From assembly GCA_026707405.1 (NCBI GenBank), contig JAPOWW010000012.1, positions 43,509 to 107,508 on the forward strand: DNA of 64,000 bases, in the 5' to 3' direction. The notes under the pieces are model-generated. The model was not told the origin of the DNA. It did no database searches and saw only the letters and a program-made list of their open reading frames with translations. Made by a program: the position numbers and the translations under genes. Position 1 is the stretch's first letter; each line of letters starts with the position of its first letter. Shown here piece after piece: positions 8,791-17,570 of this stretch. The stretch comes from Chloroflexota bacterium. Its GTDB lineage: Bacteria > Chloroflexota > UBA11872 > VXNJ01.

Positions 8791-9855
8791 TCAAGATTCG
8801 CGGCCGTTGGAGAATTCGACCGCGCTTGGCAAGCTCGCCCAGTCCAGGCACACGCCCCAGTAGCTCTCTTTGTCGTTGAGCAGCGACTCATAGGCGTGCT
8901 TGATCTGCTCGGCCGGAAGTCTGTGCGAAATCAGATCACGTACGTTGATCTTTCGCGACTCGATCATTTCGAAGATCGACACGAGGTTTCCAACCGTCGA
9001 GTTGCGCATGCCCGTCGCCGGATGCATCGGAATCTTCCACTCGAGCGCGCTCTTGAAGTCGATCCACTTGTTGTGGATGTCGCGCATCGCAGTGGTTAGA
9101 TTCGATTCGTAAGACGCGCGCGGCGTACCTAAGATAATCACTTCTCCGAACTGTGCGGTCACGCTGGCCGCCTGCTCGACCACGGCCGAATGCCCGACGG
9201 CGTCCACGGAAATCAGGGGCAGGTCTCCGCCAGTAATCTCCCGAATCTGCGACTCGACGTCTTCTCCGCCGTGGATGACGTGATCGATCCCGACCCGCCT
9301 CGCCAGATCGCGGCGGGCGGCCATGGGGTCTATCCCGAGTACCCTCGCTCCGGCAAGCTGAAAGAACTGGGCAGCCAGGTTCCCAACCACGCCGAGACCG
9401 AATACGGCCACGCGGTCATGGACTTGTACCGAACTGGTCTGCAACGCGGTTATCGCGACACACGCCATTCGCGCTGCGGCGGCCTCCGCGGAATCGATGC
9501 CTTCCGGGACCTCGACGACCAGACCGCGTCGTCCAGTCGTCGGCTGAACATGGTGGGACGCGTGCGGACCCATGGTAAATGCCCGCGCTCCCACACCAAA
9601 TCGCTCAACATCGCCCGTGGAAGCCACGATACGCCCGACGTTGGCGTAGCCGGGGACTTTGGGATACTCGTTCCAGGCGCCGGGCGTACGAACAGTCGGA
9701 TCGATGCCCGTGTAGTTGGCCAGCTCCGTTCCGGCGCTGATGAAGGTCGTCTCGGTCTCGATCAGCACTTCGCCCGGACAGGGGCGGTCCGGCAACTCGG
9801 CCGGCTCCAGCTCCACGTGGTTTTCGTGTCGGACAATTGCCTGTCTAATACGCAT
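8791..9855 (-). CDS. Medium-chain (zinc-type alcohol dehydrogenase-like) dehydrogenase/reductase
   Basis: 354-aa ORF with a GroES-like N-terminal part (PGEVLIETETTFISAGTE) and the Rossmann motif VAVFGLGVVGNLAAQF. Confidence 0.75.
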   Translation of the reverse strand: MRIRQAIVRHENHVELEPAELPDRPCPGEVLIETETTFISAGTELANYTGIDPTVRTPGAWNEYPKVPGYANVGRIVASTGDVERFGVGARAFTMGPHASHHVQPTTGRRGLVVEVPEGIDSAEAAAARMACVAITALQTSSVQVHDRVAVFGLGVVGNLAAQFFQLAGARVLGIDPMAARRDLARRVGIDHVIHGGEDVESQIREITGGDLPLISVDAVGHSAVVEQAASVTAQFGEVIILGTPRASYESNLTTAMRDIHNKWIDFKSALEWKIPMHPATGMRNSTVGNLVSIFEMIESRKINVRDLISHRLPAEQIKHAYESLLNDKESYWGVCLDWASLPSAVEFSNGRES

Positions 9856-10003
9856 GGTCTCACCTGTCGGTCCGCCAATGAGCTATGTATGCGCTCTCTA
9901 GCCTAGAACACATTTGGATAGGCTAACCACGCAAGGCACCGTCCCCATCGGCTCCACCCGCTCCAATCTCCCGGGTTAGGAAGCCGCCTGAAAAGGCGAG
10001 TGG

Positions 10004-10957
10004 TTAACTGCCGGCTTGAAGCGACCCAAGCGCGATGAACAGCTCGAACAGCTTCCCGGCGATCTCATCCGCCGTCGCCTCTTCCGCATCAGTCGGGATT
10101 TCGATATCGAAGTCCTCGTTCCAATCAATTTCGACCCTCGACGGTTCCCCAGGCCCAGGATCGCTATAGGTGACGGTTACCGGATAGTAAGTAGCCGTGT
10201 CGAGGTAAACCTGCAATCCCGGCTGTGTGGCGTCTTCCAGTACGAAACAAGTGCGTTCGCCCTGGCAAGGCTCGACTCCCACTGCGCTAAGTTGCCCCTC
10301 CAACGCCGCTGTAGCAGCGAGCGTAGCTATATCTGCGAAGGGATTCTCGGCTCCCTCGGCCGTCAGCCAGCCGGTGCTCTCGCCGTCGGCCCCACCCGAA
10401 ATGTACATGCGATCGTCCGCGGTGATGATTTCGTACTTAGCAGCACCGAGTGGCGTCGACGCTTCAAAGACGACTCTCGACACCTCCTGCTCCGTTTCAA
10501 TTTCTGCCGTGAAAACTATGGTTACGCCCTCGGGAGCATCCATGTCTAAGGCTAGGCGAATCGTACGTGGCGGACTCTCGATCACTTCGGCGACCAGGCG
10601 CTCCATGTCGAAATCGTCTACCGAAACTGCCGCGGAGGCCGCCTCCGGCGTGGCCGTGGGAGCGGGATTGGCCGTTGGCATCGGTGTAGGAGTGGAAGGC
10701 TGTGGCGTGGGATTCGGCGTCGGTTCGGACGCGGCGGTCGGAGTTGGGACCGGCGTTGAAGTCGGCTGGGGAGCGCTCGTGGGCGTTGGCGCGGCGACCG
10801 TCGTAGGAGCCGGTTCGGGAGTCGCCGTCAGCGCCTGCGCCTGCTGAGCGGGGGCCGCGGGGGAAACTTCGGGCTCGCTGCCGGAATCGCACGCGACCGC
10901 AAGGCACAACGTCGCTATCAACACCGACCAAAGCAGAATACGACGAACTGAAATCAA
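10004..10957 (-). CDS. Secreted lipoprotein of unknown function with Pro/Thr/Ala-rich linker
   Basis: Signal peptide plus lipobox LIATLCLAVAC, an approximately 90-residue PT-rich low-complexity linker, then a roughly 200-aa acidic globular domain. Confidence 0.6.
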   Translation of the reverse strand: MISVRRILLWSVLIATLCLAVACDSGSEPEVSPAAPAQQAQALTATPEPAPTTVAAPTPTSAPQPTSTPVPTPTAASEPTPNPTPQPSTPTPMPTANPAPTATPEAASAAVSVDDFDMERLVAEVIESPPRTIRLALDMDAPEGVTIVFTAEIETEQEVSRVVFEASTPLGAAKYEIITADDRMYISGGADGESTGWLTAEGAENPFADIATLAATAALEGQLSAVGVEPCQGERTCFVLEDATQPGLQVYLDTATYYPVTVTYSDPGPGEPSRVEIDWNEDFDIEIPTDAEEATADEIAGKLFELFIALGSLQAGS

Positions 10958-11136
10958 CGGCGCATCCTCACGAGGCTGTCTGCCTCGAACATCCTCAACG
11001 TTGGTTCGATCTTAGGACACCGCCATCGTGCAGACTCAGACATCGCCATCACGCACCCGGCGCTTAGGCCCGCTTTCCGGGACGGCGGAACTCGCCAACG
11101 CGCTATCAGGCCCTGATTCCCGGCTAATATCGACGT

Positions 11137-11364
11137 ATGGACATCGGCTCTACCGCGCGCCTTTTGATCGGCTTGGGAGTGTTACTTATCCTGGCGGGTG
11201 CCGTCCTGCTCGCCTTCGGAAAGCTCCCGGGGCTGGGACGGCTCCCCGGCGACTTGGCCATCGAACGCGGAGGCGTCAGGTTTTTCTTCCCAATCGTCAC
11301 AATGCTCGTCGTAAGCGTGGTGCTTACCGTGATCGCCAATCTGTTCCTTCGATTCTGGCGCTAG
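11137..11364 (+). CDS. DUF2905-family small membrane protein
   Basis: 75 aa with two TM segments flanking the characteristic LPGLGRLPGDLAIERGGVRFFFPI motif. Confidence 0.75.
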   Translation: MDIGSTARLLIGLGVLLILAGAVLLAFGKLPGLGRLPGDLAIERGGVRFFFPIVTMLVVSVVLTVIANLFLRFWR

Positions 11365-11432
11365 CTCGGCAGTAGGCGCGTAAGGCTCACGGGGCGCTGA
11401 CCGCCGCCCTGCCTGCCTCTATTCGCAAAGGC

Positions 11433-11507
11433 TGGTACCCCCGAGGCGATTCGAACGCCTGCACCCGGCTCCGGAGGCCGGTGCTCTATCCACTGAGCTA
11501 CGGGGGC
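11433..11507 (-). tRNA. tRNA-Arg (anticodon CCG), CCA encoded
   Basis: Reverse complement reads GCCCCCGTAGCTCAGTGGATAGAGCACCGGCCTCCGGAGCCGGGTGCAGGCGTTCGAATCGCCTCGGGGGTACCA. It folds by hand into a cloverleaf: 7-bp acceptor stem (G1-U72 wobble), D arm GCTC/GAGC, anticodon stem CCGGC/GCCGG with loop CTCCGGA, and T arm AGGCG-TTCGAAT-CGCCT. Confidence 0.9.
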
Positions 11508-11727
11508 GGGAAAGGACCACACCCTTCCTGGAACGACACCGCCATCCCAGAAATCGCAGTGTAAGGATGATAGCGAAAACGCGTCCAAACTCAGGGGCCA
11601 GTTGTTTCCGCAAGAAGTCAACGCGGCAGCGCGGATAATATAGGCTCCGCGATTCATCGGGGATTTACGGAAACTGCCACGGAGTCCCGGGCGACGCCGC
11701 GGCAGAGCGGCAAGGTGGAACTGGCGC

Positions 11728-12816
11728 ATGAAGATTACCGACATCACTCTCGAGTCCTACGAGTGGCCAAGGCCAAAGCCCATTCGCAACGGGATGTTCG
11801 TCTACTACAACGTCCGGCTTGACATAGTCACCGTGCACACCGACGAGGGTCTCAAGGGTGTGGGAATCGGAAGCGGCGCGCCCGGCTGGGACGCTGTCAT
11901 CGAATCGCTAAAGCCCGGCGTCGTCGGTCAGGACCCTATAAACGTCGAACGAATTTGGCACCAGCTCTGGGTGCCGAAGCTCACGGGCAGGCGCGGCTAC
12001 GAGACTAGAGTCATCAGCGCGATAGACATCGCCATCTGGGACCTGATAGGCAAGATCACCGATCAGCCGGTCTACAAGCTGCTGGGCGGTTTCGCCGACC
12101 GCATCGACGTCTACATTGCCGGCGGCTATTACGAGGAAGGCAAGGGCCTCGCCGAGCTGGCGGATGAAATGGAGAGCAACCTCGAGCTGGGTGCTCGCGC
12201 GGTAAAGATGAAGATCGGTGGCGAGTCGATGTCTGTCGACGTTGAGCGCGTCAAGACCGCGCGTGAGGCCATAGGACCTGACATCAAGCTGATGGTCGAC
12301 GCCAACAACGCCTACCGTCACCACGAGGCTATCGCAATCGCTAAGCGCATCGAGGAGTACGACATTTTCTGGTTCGAGGAACCCTGCGGTGCGGACGACT
12401 ACGATGGCCACGCGCGGGTCGTCGCCGCCACGTCCATTCCTATCGCAACTGGGGAGAACGAGTACACCCGGTATGGATTCCGCGATCTGATACAGCACCG
12501 CGCGGCGTCGATCCTTCAACCAGACGCCAACATCATGGGAGGCGTCACGGAGTTCAGAAAGGTCGCCGATCTCGCCGCCGCTTACGATCTCGCCGTCTCG
12601 CCCCACGGAAGCCAGGACGTCCACATTCACTTGGTAACGGGGACTCCGACCGGACTGATCCTGGAGTATTACCGCGACACGGTGGATCCAATGTGGGATA
12701 CGAAGTTCAAGGAGACGCTGCGGCTCGACGCCGACGGAATGCTAGCTCCCCCGGACCGGCCGGGCTTTGGATTCGAGCCTAACTATGAGGCTCTTGAGCG
12801 GCACCGGATAGCTTAA
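11728..12816 (+). CDS. Enolase-superfamily enzyme (mandelate racemase/muconate lactonizing enzyme family; acid-sugar dehydratase-like)
   Basis: Motifs AVKMKIGG, LMVDANNAY, FWFEEP and IATGENE are present, which are the metal-ligand positions of the family. 362 aa. Confidence 0.9.
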   Translation: MKITDITLESYEWPRPKPIRNGMFVYYNVRLDIVTVHTDEGLKGVGIGSGAPGWDAVIESLKPGVVGQDPINVERIWHQLWVPKLTGRRGYETRVISAIDIAIWDLIGKITDQPVYKLLGGFADRIDVYIAGGYYEEGKGLAELADEMESNLELGARAVKMKIGGESMSVDVERVKTAREAIGPDIKLMVDANNAYRHHEAIAIAKRIEEYDIFWFEEPCGADDYDGHARVVAATSIPIATGENEYTRYGFRDLIQHRAASILQPDANIMGGVTEFRKVADLAAAYDLAVSPHGSQDVHIHLVTGTPTGLILEYYRDTVDPMWDTKFKETLRLDADGMLAPPDRPGFGFEPNYEALERHRIA

Positions 12817-12885
12817 AGTCGCAAGGATCTCGCTTTGCTAATCCCTATCAGGTGGCGTCGTGGCTCCGGTTTGAAAAGTCGCAGT

Positions 12886-12903
12886 GGCGGTTCGTGAACC
12901 GCC
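12886..12903. repeat. Palindromic element GGCGGTTC-GT-GAACCGCC between convergent genes
   Basis: 8-bp perfect inverted repeat. Same core as GGGCGGTTCGCGAACCGCCC at 53784-53803 and the degenerate copy at 36711-36737. Confidence 0.6.
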
Positions 12904-12925
12904 CCAATCTGGAACGACAGGTTAG

Positions 12926-13915
12926 TCAGCCGAGATGCAAGGCGGTCGCGGACAGCGCATCGTCGAGCTCGGCCGCCGGGGTAGTTTTTAGCGTTCCTTC
13001 TGAAAATGACGCGAACACCGCCGCTTCCATACCCACCATGCCGTCCATCAGCCAGAATCCGTCGTATCCGCCTTCGGCCAGCGCCACAAGCCTGGCTTCA
13101 TCCGGCGGCGCAATACGCATTGGAACGGCGACCGCGTCGATCCCCGTCTCCCGAAGTCCGGCATTCACATCGGCCATCAAACTGTCAGAGATAGGATCCT
13201 GGCTGGCAACGCCTACCGCCTTGGTCGTTCCTCCGATGCTCTCGGCGCGGTACACGTCTCTGATCGCCCCTACAGAAATTTGACCGGGAGCCACGATCCC
13301 GCCCGTGTCGAGTGCGCAATACGTGAGCAGGCAGTTGGCGTGCCGCAGCGCCAGAATCCTGCTCGCGACGCCGTGTTCGCCCATCGCAATCGAGATGGCC
13401 GGAAGCGGCGTGGACTCATACAGCCCCAGGGCCGTCAGCGCGTCCTCGGGGCGTGCCGCCATCCCGGCAACCTTGATCGCGCCCGTTCCGCGCTCTTCCA
13501 GCCTGCGACGAAGGCTGTCCAGGTCTTCAGGCATAGTCGAAAAATCATGGTGCGACACGATGAGTCGAGTCGGCGATACGCCACCCAGCATCCCGACCGC
13601 GTCTTCCTCGATGTCGACGTACTCGGCTCCGAGATCGATGGCATCGTGGAGGTGACGGGTCCTGTCGCGCTCACTCCCCGTGAACTTCCCTCCCTCCCGG
13701 ACAGGGCGGTTGGTGACGACGACCGGGCACGGACGCGCTTCGATGAGCCGTCGAAGGTCGAATTCCCGCATCAGGTCCAGGCGCAACTCGATTGCATCGA
13801 CTCGGCCCGCCGCCTCGTCGAACGCCCGGAGAGTGGCCTCGGTCGTCTCCGCCGCCAGCGCGATGGCGATCATCCGCATTCGCTTGCCGGACTTCATTGC
13901 GGGCCGGAATTGCAA
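12926..13915 (-). CDS. aroD: Type I 3-dehydroquinate dehydratase fused to a truncated, degenerate shikimate-dehydrogenase N-terminal-like domain
   Basis: AroD motifs are present: AIELRLDL, VSHHDF (catalytic His context), GAIKVAGMA (Schiff-base Lys context), ISIAMGEHGVASR and APGQIS. The C-terminal ~95 aa (KAVGVASQDPISDSLMADVNAGLRETGIDAVAVPMRI...GYDGFWLMDG) resembles the AroE substrate-binding domain but lacks the NVTxPxK lysine and the NADP domain. TTG start at 13915; alternative ATG starts lie downstream. Confidence 0.8.
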   Translation of the reverse strand: MQFRPAMKSGKRMRMIAIALAAETTEATLRAFDEAAGRVDAIELRLDLMREFDLRRLIEARPCPVVVTNRPVREGGKFTGSERDRTRHLHDAIDLGAEYVDIEEDAVGMLGGVSPTRLIVSHHDFSTMPEDLDSLRRRLEERGTGAIKVAGMAARPEDALTALGLYESTPLPAISIAMGEHGVASRILALRHANCLLTYCALDTGGIVAPGQISVGAIRDVYRAESIGGTTKAVGVASQDPISDSLMADVNAGLRETGIDAVAVPMRIAPPDEARLVALAEGGYDGFWLMDGMVGMEAAVFASFSEGTLKTTPAAELDDALSATALHLG

Positions 13916-13999
13916 GGCGGCTCCATAAGCATTAGTTTCTCAATAACCTTATTGGTCAACGATCCATCAGCTAGCTGAATCCTAAGGAGAGATTGCCAC

Positions 14000-14986
14000 T
14001 TGGGAAAGGTTTTGACTCTTACAAGCGCCGTATCCGCCGATACCACCGACATGATTGAGATGATCCATGCCGCCGGTCACGAGGTGACAATTGGACCCGA
14101 TTTCGTCGGCGTCAGCTGGAGTGATGAGGTGGGCGAGGAAATCCGCCGATTGCTCGCGGGACATGATGCTCTGATCGTCGGCGGCGTTGAAGTTGGACGC
14201 GACACCATCGAGGCTTCTCCCGACCTGCGCGTCATTTCGCGCACGGGCGTCGGTTACGACGCCGTCGACGCCGTGGCGGCGGCCGAGAACGGGATTCCAG
14301 TCGTAATCGCGGTAGGATCGAACCACATAACGGTCGCTGAGTACGCTTTCGGGCTGATGCTCGCTCTAGGCCGCCAGATGCTTCCCCACCATCAAATTGT
14401 CATTGGCGGTGAATGGCGGCGGGTGCCCAACATCGACCTCGCCGGTAAGACGCTCGGAATCGCAGGTCTGGGAAGGATAGGCCGGGCGCTGGCCGACCGG
14501 GCCCTGGCGTTCGAAATGGAGGTTATCGGATACGAGATTTATCCCGACCTTGAATTCGTCGAGTCGCGCGGGATCGAGTTGGTCGAGATCGCCGAGCTTT
14601 GCCGACGGTCTGATTTTGTATCGCTTCACTTGCCCGGGACCGATGAAACCACAAAGATAGTCAACGCCGAGCGTCTGAGTCTGATGAAACCCTCAGCCTA
14701 CATCGTGAACACCGCCCGGGGCGGTCTTATCGACGAGAATGCACTGTACGCGGCATTGAAGGACGGTCAAATCGCAGGCGCCGGACTGGACGTGTTCGAA
14801 CCGGAACCGCCCGTTGGATCGCCGCTGCTCGACCTGCCCAACGTGATAACGAGTCCCCATGCAGCGGGGATATCCCGCGAGTCCGTGCATCGAATGGGCT
14901 ACCAGGCGGTCGAGAACGCGCTCGCCGTATTGTCGGGAAGCTGGCCGCGCGAGATCGTGGTCAACGGCGTGTACTCGGACGCATAG
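14000..14986 (+). CDS. D-isomer-specific 2-hydroxyacid dehydrogenase (phosphoglycerate/glyoxylate reductase-like)
   Basis: Motifs LGIAGLGRIGRALADRA (NAD-binding), IVNTARGGLID, GAGLDVFEPEP and ITSPHAAG. TTG start with AAGGAG upstream. Confidence 0.88.
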   Translation: MGKVLTLTSAVSADTTDMIEMIHAAGHEVTIGPDFVGVSWSDEVGEEIRRLLAGHDALIVGGVEVGRDTIEASPDLRVISRTGVGYDAVDAVAAAENGIPVVIAVGSNHITVAEYAFGLMLALGRQMLPHHQIVIGGEWRRVPNIDLAGKTLGIAGLGRIGRALADRALAFEMEVIGYEIYPDLEFVESRGIELVEIAELCRRSDFVSLHLPGTDETTKIVNAERLSLMKPSAYIVNTARGGLIDENALYAALKDGQIAGAGLDVFEPEPPVGSPLLDLPNVITSPHAAGISRESVHRMGYQAVENALAVLSGSWPREIVVNGVYSDA

Positions 14987-15000
14987 ATGGGCCTGCGCGG

Positions 15001-15804
15001 ATGATCTTTGCGTTCGATCTCGACGGCGTCATCTACGCTGGAGACGAGCTGCTGGATGGAGCCGCTGAATCCGTGGCGACGGCGCGGGCGCTTGGTTACG
15101 CGACTTACTTCATCACTAACAATTCCCGCCAGGAGTCAGTCGAGCTATCGGTCAAGCTGCAATCGATGGGTCTCGACGTCGCGCCTCGCGAGGTCATCTC
15201 GGCCGTCGAGACCGCCGGGCGCCTTGTGTCGCAGATCGATGGTGCGCCACAGTCAGCAATGGTGATTGGCAGCCCATCGCTCAAGGAGGTTGTGGGAAAC
15301 TCCGGCGTCCGAGCTCACTCCTACGACGAGACCGGCCCGGTAGACGTTCTCGTACTTGGTCTCGACCATGCGATCAACTATCAGAAGCTGCTCGCTGCGC
15401 ACCGGGTCTTGGAGTGCGCTAGCGTCCGCTTCGTGGCCGTGAACAACGACGTCACATTCGCGTCCGAGGGCGGGACGGTGCCGGGTCTGGGCGCAATCGT
15501 CAGCGCCGTGTCCGCCGCCGCCGGAAGAGCCCCCGACTTCGTGGCCGGGAAGCCCGAACCCCACATGTTCAACCGCATACTGGAGCTGGAGGGCGCGGAA
15601 GCCGGCGAGTTGATCGTGTTCGGCGACAGCCTATATTCGGACATCGGGGGCGCGAAGGCGATAGGAGCCAGAACCGCTCTGGTATTGACGGGTGTCGATG
15701 GCAGGGACGATGTGGCGACTGCGCCATCGGAGCGCCAGCCCGACTGGATAATCGAGAGTCTAAACGCTATTCCATTTGCCGAGATAGCCGGGGCCAAATC
15801 GTGA
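15001..15804 (+). CDS. HAD-IIA family hydrolase (NagD-like sugar-phosphate phosphatase)
   Basis: Motifs FAFDLDGVIY (motif I), FITNNS (motif II) and VFGDSLYSDIGGA (motif IV). Confidence 0.85.
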   Translation: MIFAFDLDGVIYAGDELLDGAAESVATARALGYATYFITNNSRQESVELSVKLQSMGLDVAPREVISAVETAGRLVSQIDGAPQSAMVIGSPSLKEVVGNSGVRAHSYDETGPVDVLVLGLDHAINYQKLLAAHRVLECASVRFVAVNNDVTFASEGGTVPGLGAIVSAVSAAAGRAPDFVAGKPEPHMFNRILELEGAEAGELIVFGDSLYSDIGGAKAIGARTALVLTGVDGRDDVATAPSERQPDWIIESLNAIPFAEIAGAKS

Positions 15805-15820
15805 TTGAGAGGGCTGAGTA

Positions 15821-17272
15821 GTGGCATTCAAGGACCTGCGCGATTTTCTTACTTTCATAGAGAAGAAGGGACAGCTAAAGCGCATTTCTGCTCCGGTCGA
15901 CCGCGACCTGGAGATCACCGAGATATCCGACCGGATCATGAAGTCCGGAGGCCCCGCGCTGCTCTTCGAGAACGTGCGCGGGTTCGACGTCCCGCTCGTC
16001 ATCAACGTCTTCGGCTCCCGCGAACGCACAGGCTGGGCGCTGGGAGTCGATGCTTGGGAGGAGCTTGAGGGACGGATCGATCGGCTTCTGTCGCTGGCGC
16101 TCGGGCCGCCCCCCAAGGGTCTGTTCGGCAAGCTCGGCGCGCTTGGCGAGATCATTAAGGTCGGCAGAATCGGTCCCAAGGAAGTGAGTTCCGGGCCGTG
16201 TCAGGAAATCGTAAAGACCGACGACGCGTCACTGTACGAGTTTCCAATCATGAAATGCTGGCCCGAGGACGCCGGCCATTACATCACACTGCCGCTGGTA
16301 TTCACCCACGATCCAAACACAGGCAAGCGCAACGTGGGTTTGTACCGATTGCAAGTCTTCGACGAGCGGACCCTAGGCATGCACTGGCAGCTTCACAAGG
16401 GGGGAATGGGTCACTACAAGGAAAGCGTCCGTGCCGGGAAACGCATGGAAATCGCCGTGGCGGTGGGATCGGAGCCGGTCCTCACCTACGCGGCCACGGC
16501 GCCGCTTCCACCGGAAATCGACGAAATGGTGTTCGCCGGCTTCTTGCGCGAGAAGTCCGTGGAGATGGTGCGCTGCAAGACAGTCGACGTGCTCGCTCCC
16601 GCAAACGCGGAAATCGTGATCGAGGGTTACGTGGACCCGTCGGAGCTTAGAACCGAGGGCCCGTTCGGCGACCACACGGGTGTCTATTCGCTTGCCGACG
16701 AATATCCCGTTCTGCACGTGACGGCTATCACCCATCGCCGCAACCCGATCTACGCCTCGACGATTGTGGGCAAGCCGCCGATGGAAGACGCCTTCATAGG
16801 CGGCGCCACCGAGCGCTTGTTCCTCCCGCTGATTCGGCTCATGGTTCCCGAGCTGGTGGACATCCATCTTCCGGTCGATTCGGTGTTCCACAATTTCGCC
16901 ATAGCGTCGATCCGCAAGCGCTATCCAGGACAGGCCCGCAAGGTCATGCACGCAATTTGGGGATTGGGACAGCTCATGTTCACCAAATTCGTGATCGTCG
17001 TCGACGAGAACGTCGACGTCCAAAACCTTCGCGAAGTCCTCTGGCGGGTCGGCAACAACACCGACCCGGCCCGCGATATAGAGATCGCTAAAGGACCGGC
17101 CGACACTCTGGAACACGCTTCGCCGCAGCCCAACTACGGCGGCAAGATCGGCATCGACGCCACGATCAAAATGCCCGAGGAAGGGCACCATCGCGAATGG
17201 CCGCCCGATATCGTGATGACTCAAGAGATCAAGGACTTGGTCGACGGCCGGTGGGAGGAGTACGGATTCTAG
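15821..17272 (+). CDS. ubiD: UbiD-family (prenylated-FMN dependent) aromatic decarboxylase
   Basis: Typical N-terminus MAFKDLRDFLTFIEKKGQLKRI, 483 aa, and family pattern throughout. GTG start with GAGAGGG upstream. Confidence 0.9.
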   Translation: MAFKDLRDFLTFIEKKGQLKRISAPVDRDLEITEISDRIMKSGGPALLFENVRGFDVPLVINVFGSRERTGWALGVDAWEELEGRIDRLLSLALGPPPKGLFGKLGALGEIIKVGRIGPKEVSSGPCQEIVKTDDASLYEFPIMKCWPEDAGHYITLPLVFTHDPNTGKRNVGLYRLQVFDERTLGMHWQLHKGGMGHYKESVRAGKRMEIAVAVGSEPVLTYAATAPLPPEIDEMVFAGFLREKSVEMVRCKTVDVLAPANAEIVIEGYVDPSELRTEGPFGDHTGVYSLADEYPVLHVTAITHRRNPIYASTIVGKPPMEDAFIGGATERLFLPLIRLMVPELVDIHLPVDSVFHNFAIASIRKRYPGQARKVMHAIWGLGQLMFTKFVIVVDENVDVQNLREVLWRVGNNTDPARDIEIAKGPADTLEHASPQPNYGGKIGIDATIKMPEEGHHREWPPDIVMTQEIKDLVDGRWEEYGF

Positions 17273-17392
17273 CCAGCCGCGGGTTTAGGGCTCGGATATC
17301 CCACGTCTCAGCGGGAAGTCCCACAGTCCCGCCTTATCTTCGTTATCCCCTCCCCCCTCACCATCATTCCTGCCGACCTTCTCGTCACTACC

Positions 17393-17456
17393 GCGAAAAG
17401 CCTGCCCTGAGCTTGTCGAAGGGTCTGCCCCGTACCCCGATACGGGACGGGAATCC
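17393..17456. repeat. Dispersed intergenic repeat, copy B, with embedded CCTGAGCTTGTCGAAGG motif
   Basis: Shares the GCGAAAAGCCTGCCC and TGCCCCGTAC..GATACGGG..GGAATCC blocks with 7604-7656. The inserted CCCTGAGCTTGTCGAAGGG (17405-17423) matches 58874-58892 at 18 of 20 positions. Confidence 0.6.
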
Positions 17457-17570
17457 TCAACCTTCACGCGGGCCAGTGGCCGACATCCGTCCCGCGCATC
17501 GTGGTCCCCTGGATAAAGCACGCCCGAATCCACAAAACTGGTCCGGCCGAATCTCCCCCGGGTCGCAATA

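Noticed and set aside
10620-10870. Repetitive DNA that might have been a CRISPR-like or tandem-repeat array
   Set aside because: It is in-frame coding sequence for a Pro/Thr/Ala-rich linker of a lipoprotein. There are no regularly spaced identical repeats with unique spacers.
11433-11507. tRNA-Arg as a possible integration hotspot for a genomic island
   Set aside because: No integrase, direct repeat of the tRNA 3' end or foreign-looking genes flank it. The neighbours are ordinary metabolic genes with native-looking composition.
12926-13915. Suspicion that the AroD domain had lost its Schiff-base lysine
   Set aside because: Aligning by hand to E. coli AroD places His143 in SHHDF and Lys170 in GAIKVAG, so both are present. 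My initial expectation that the lysine sits next to APGQ was wrong. Only the AroE-like tail looks degenerate.
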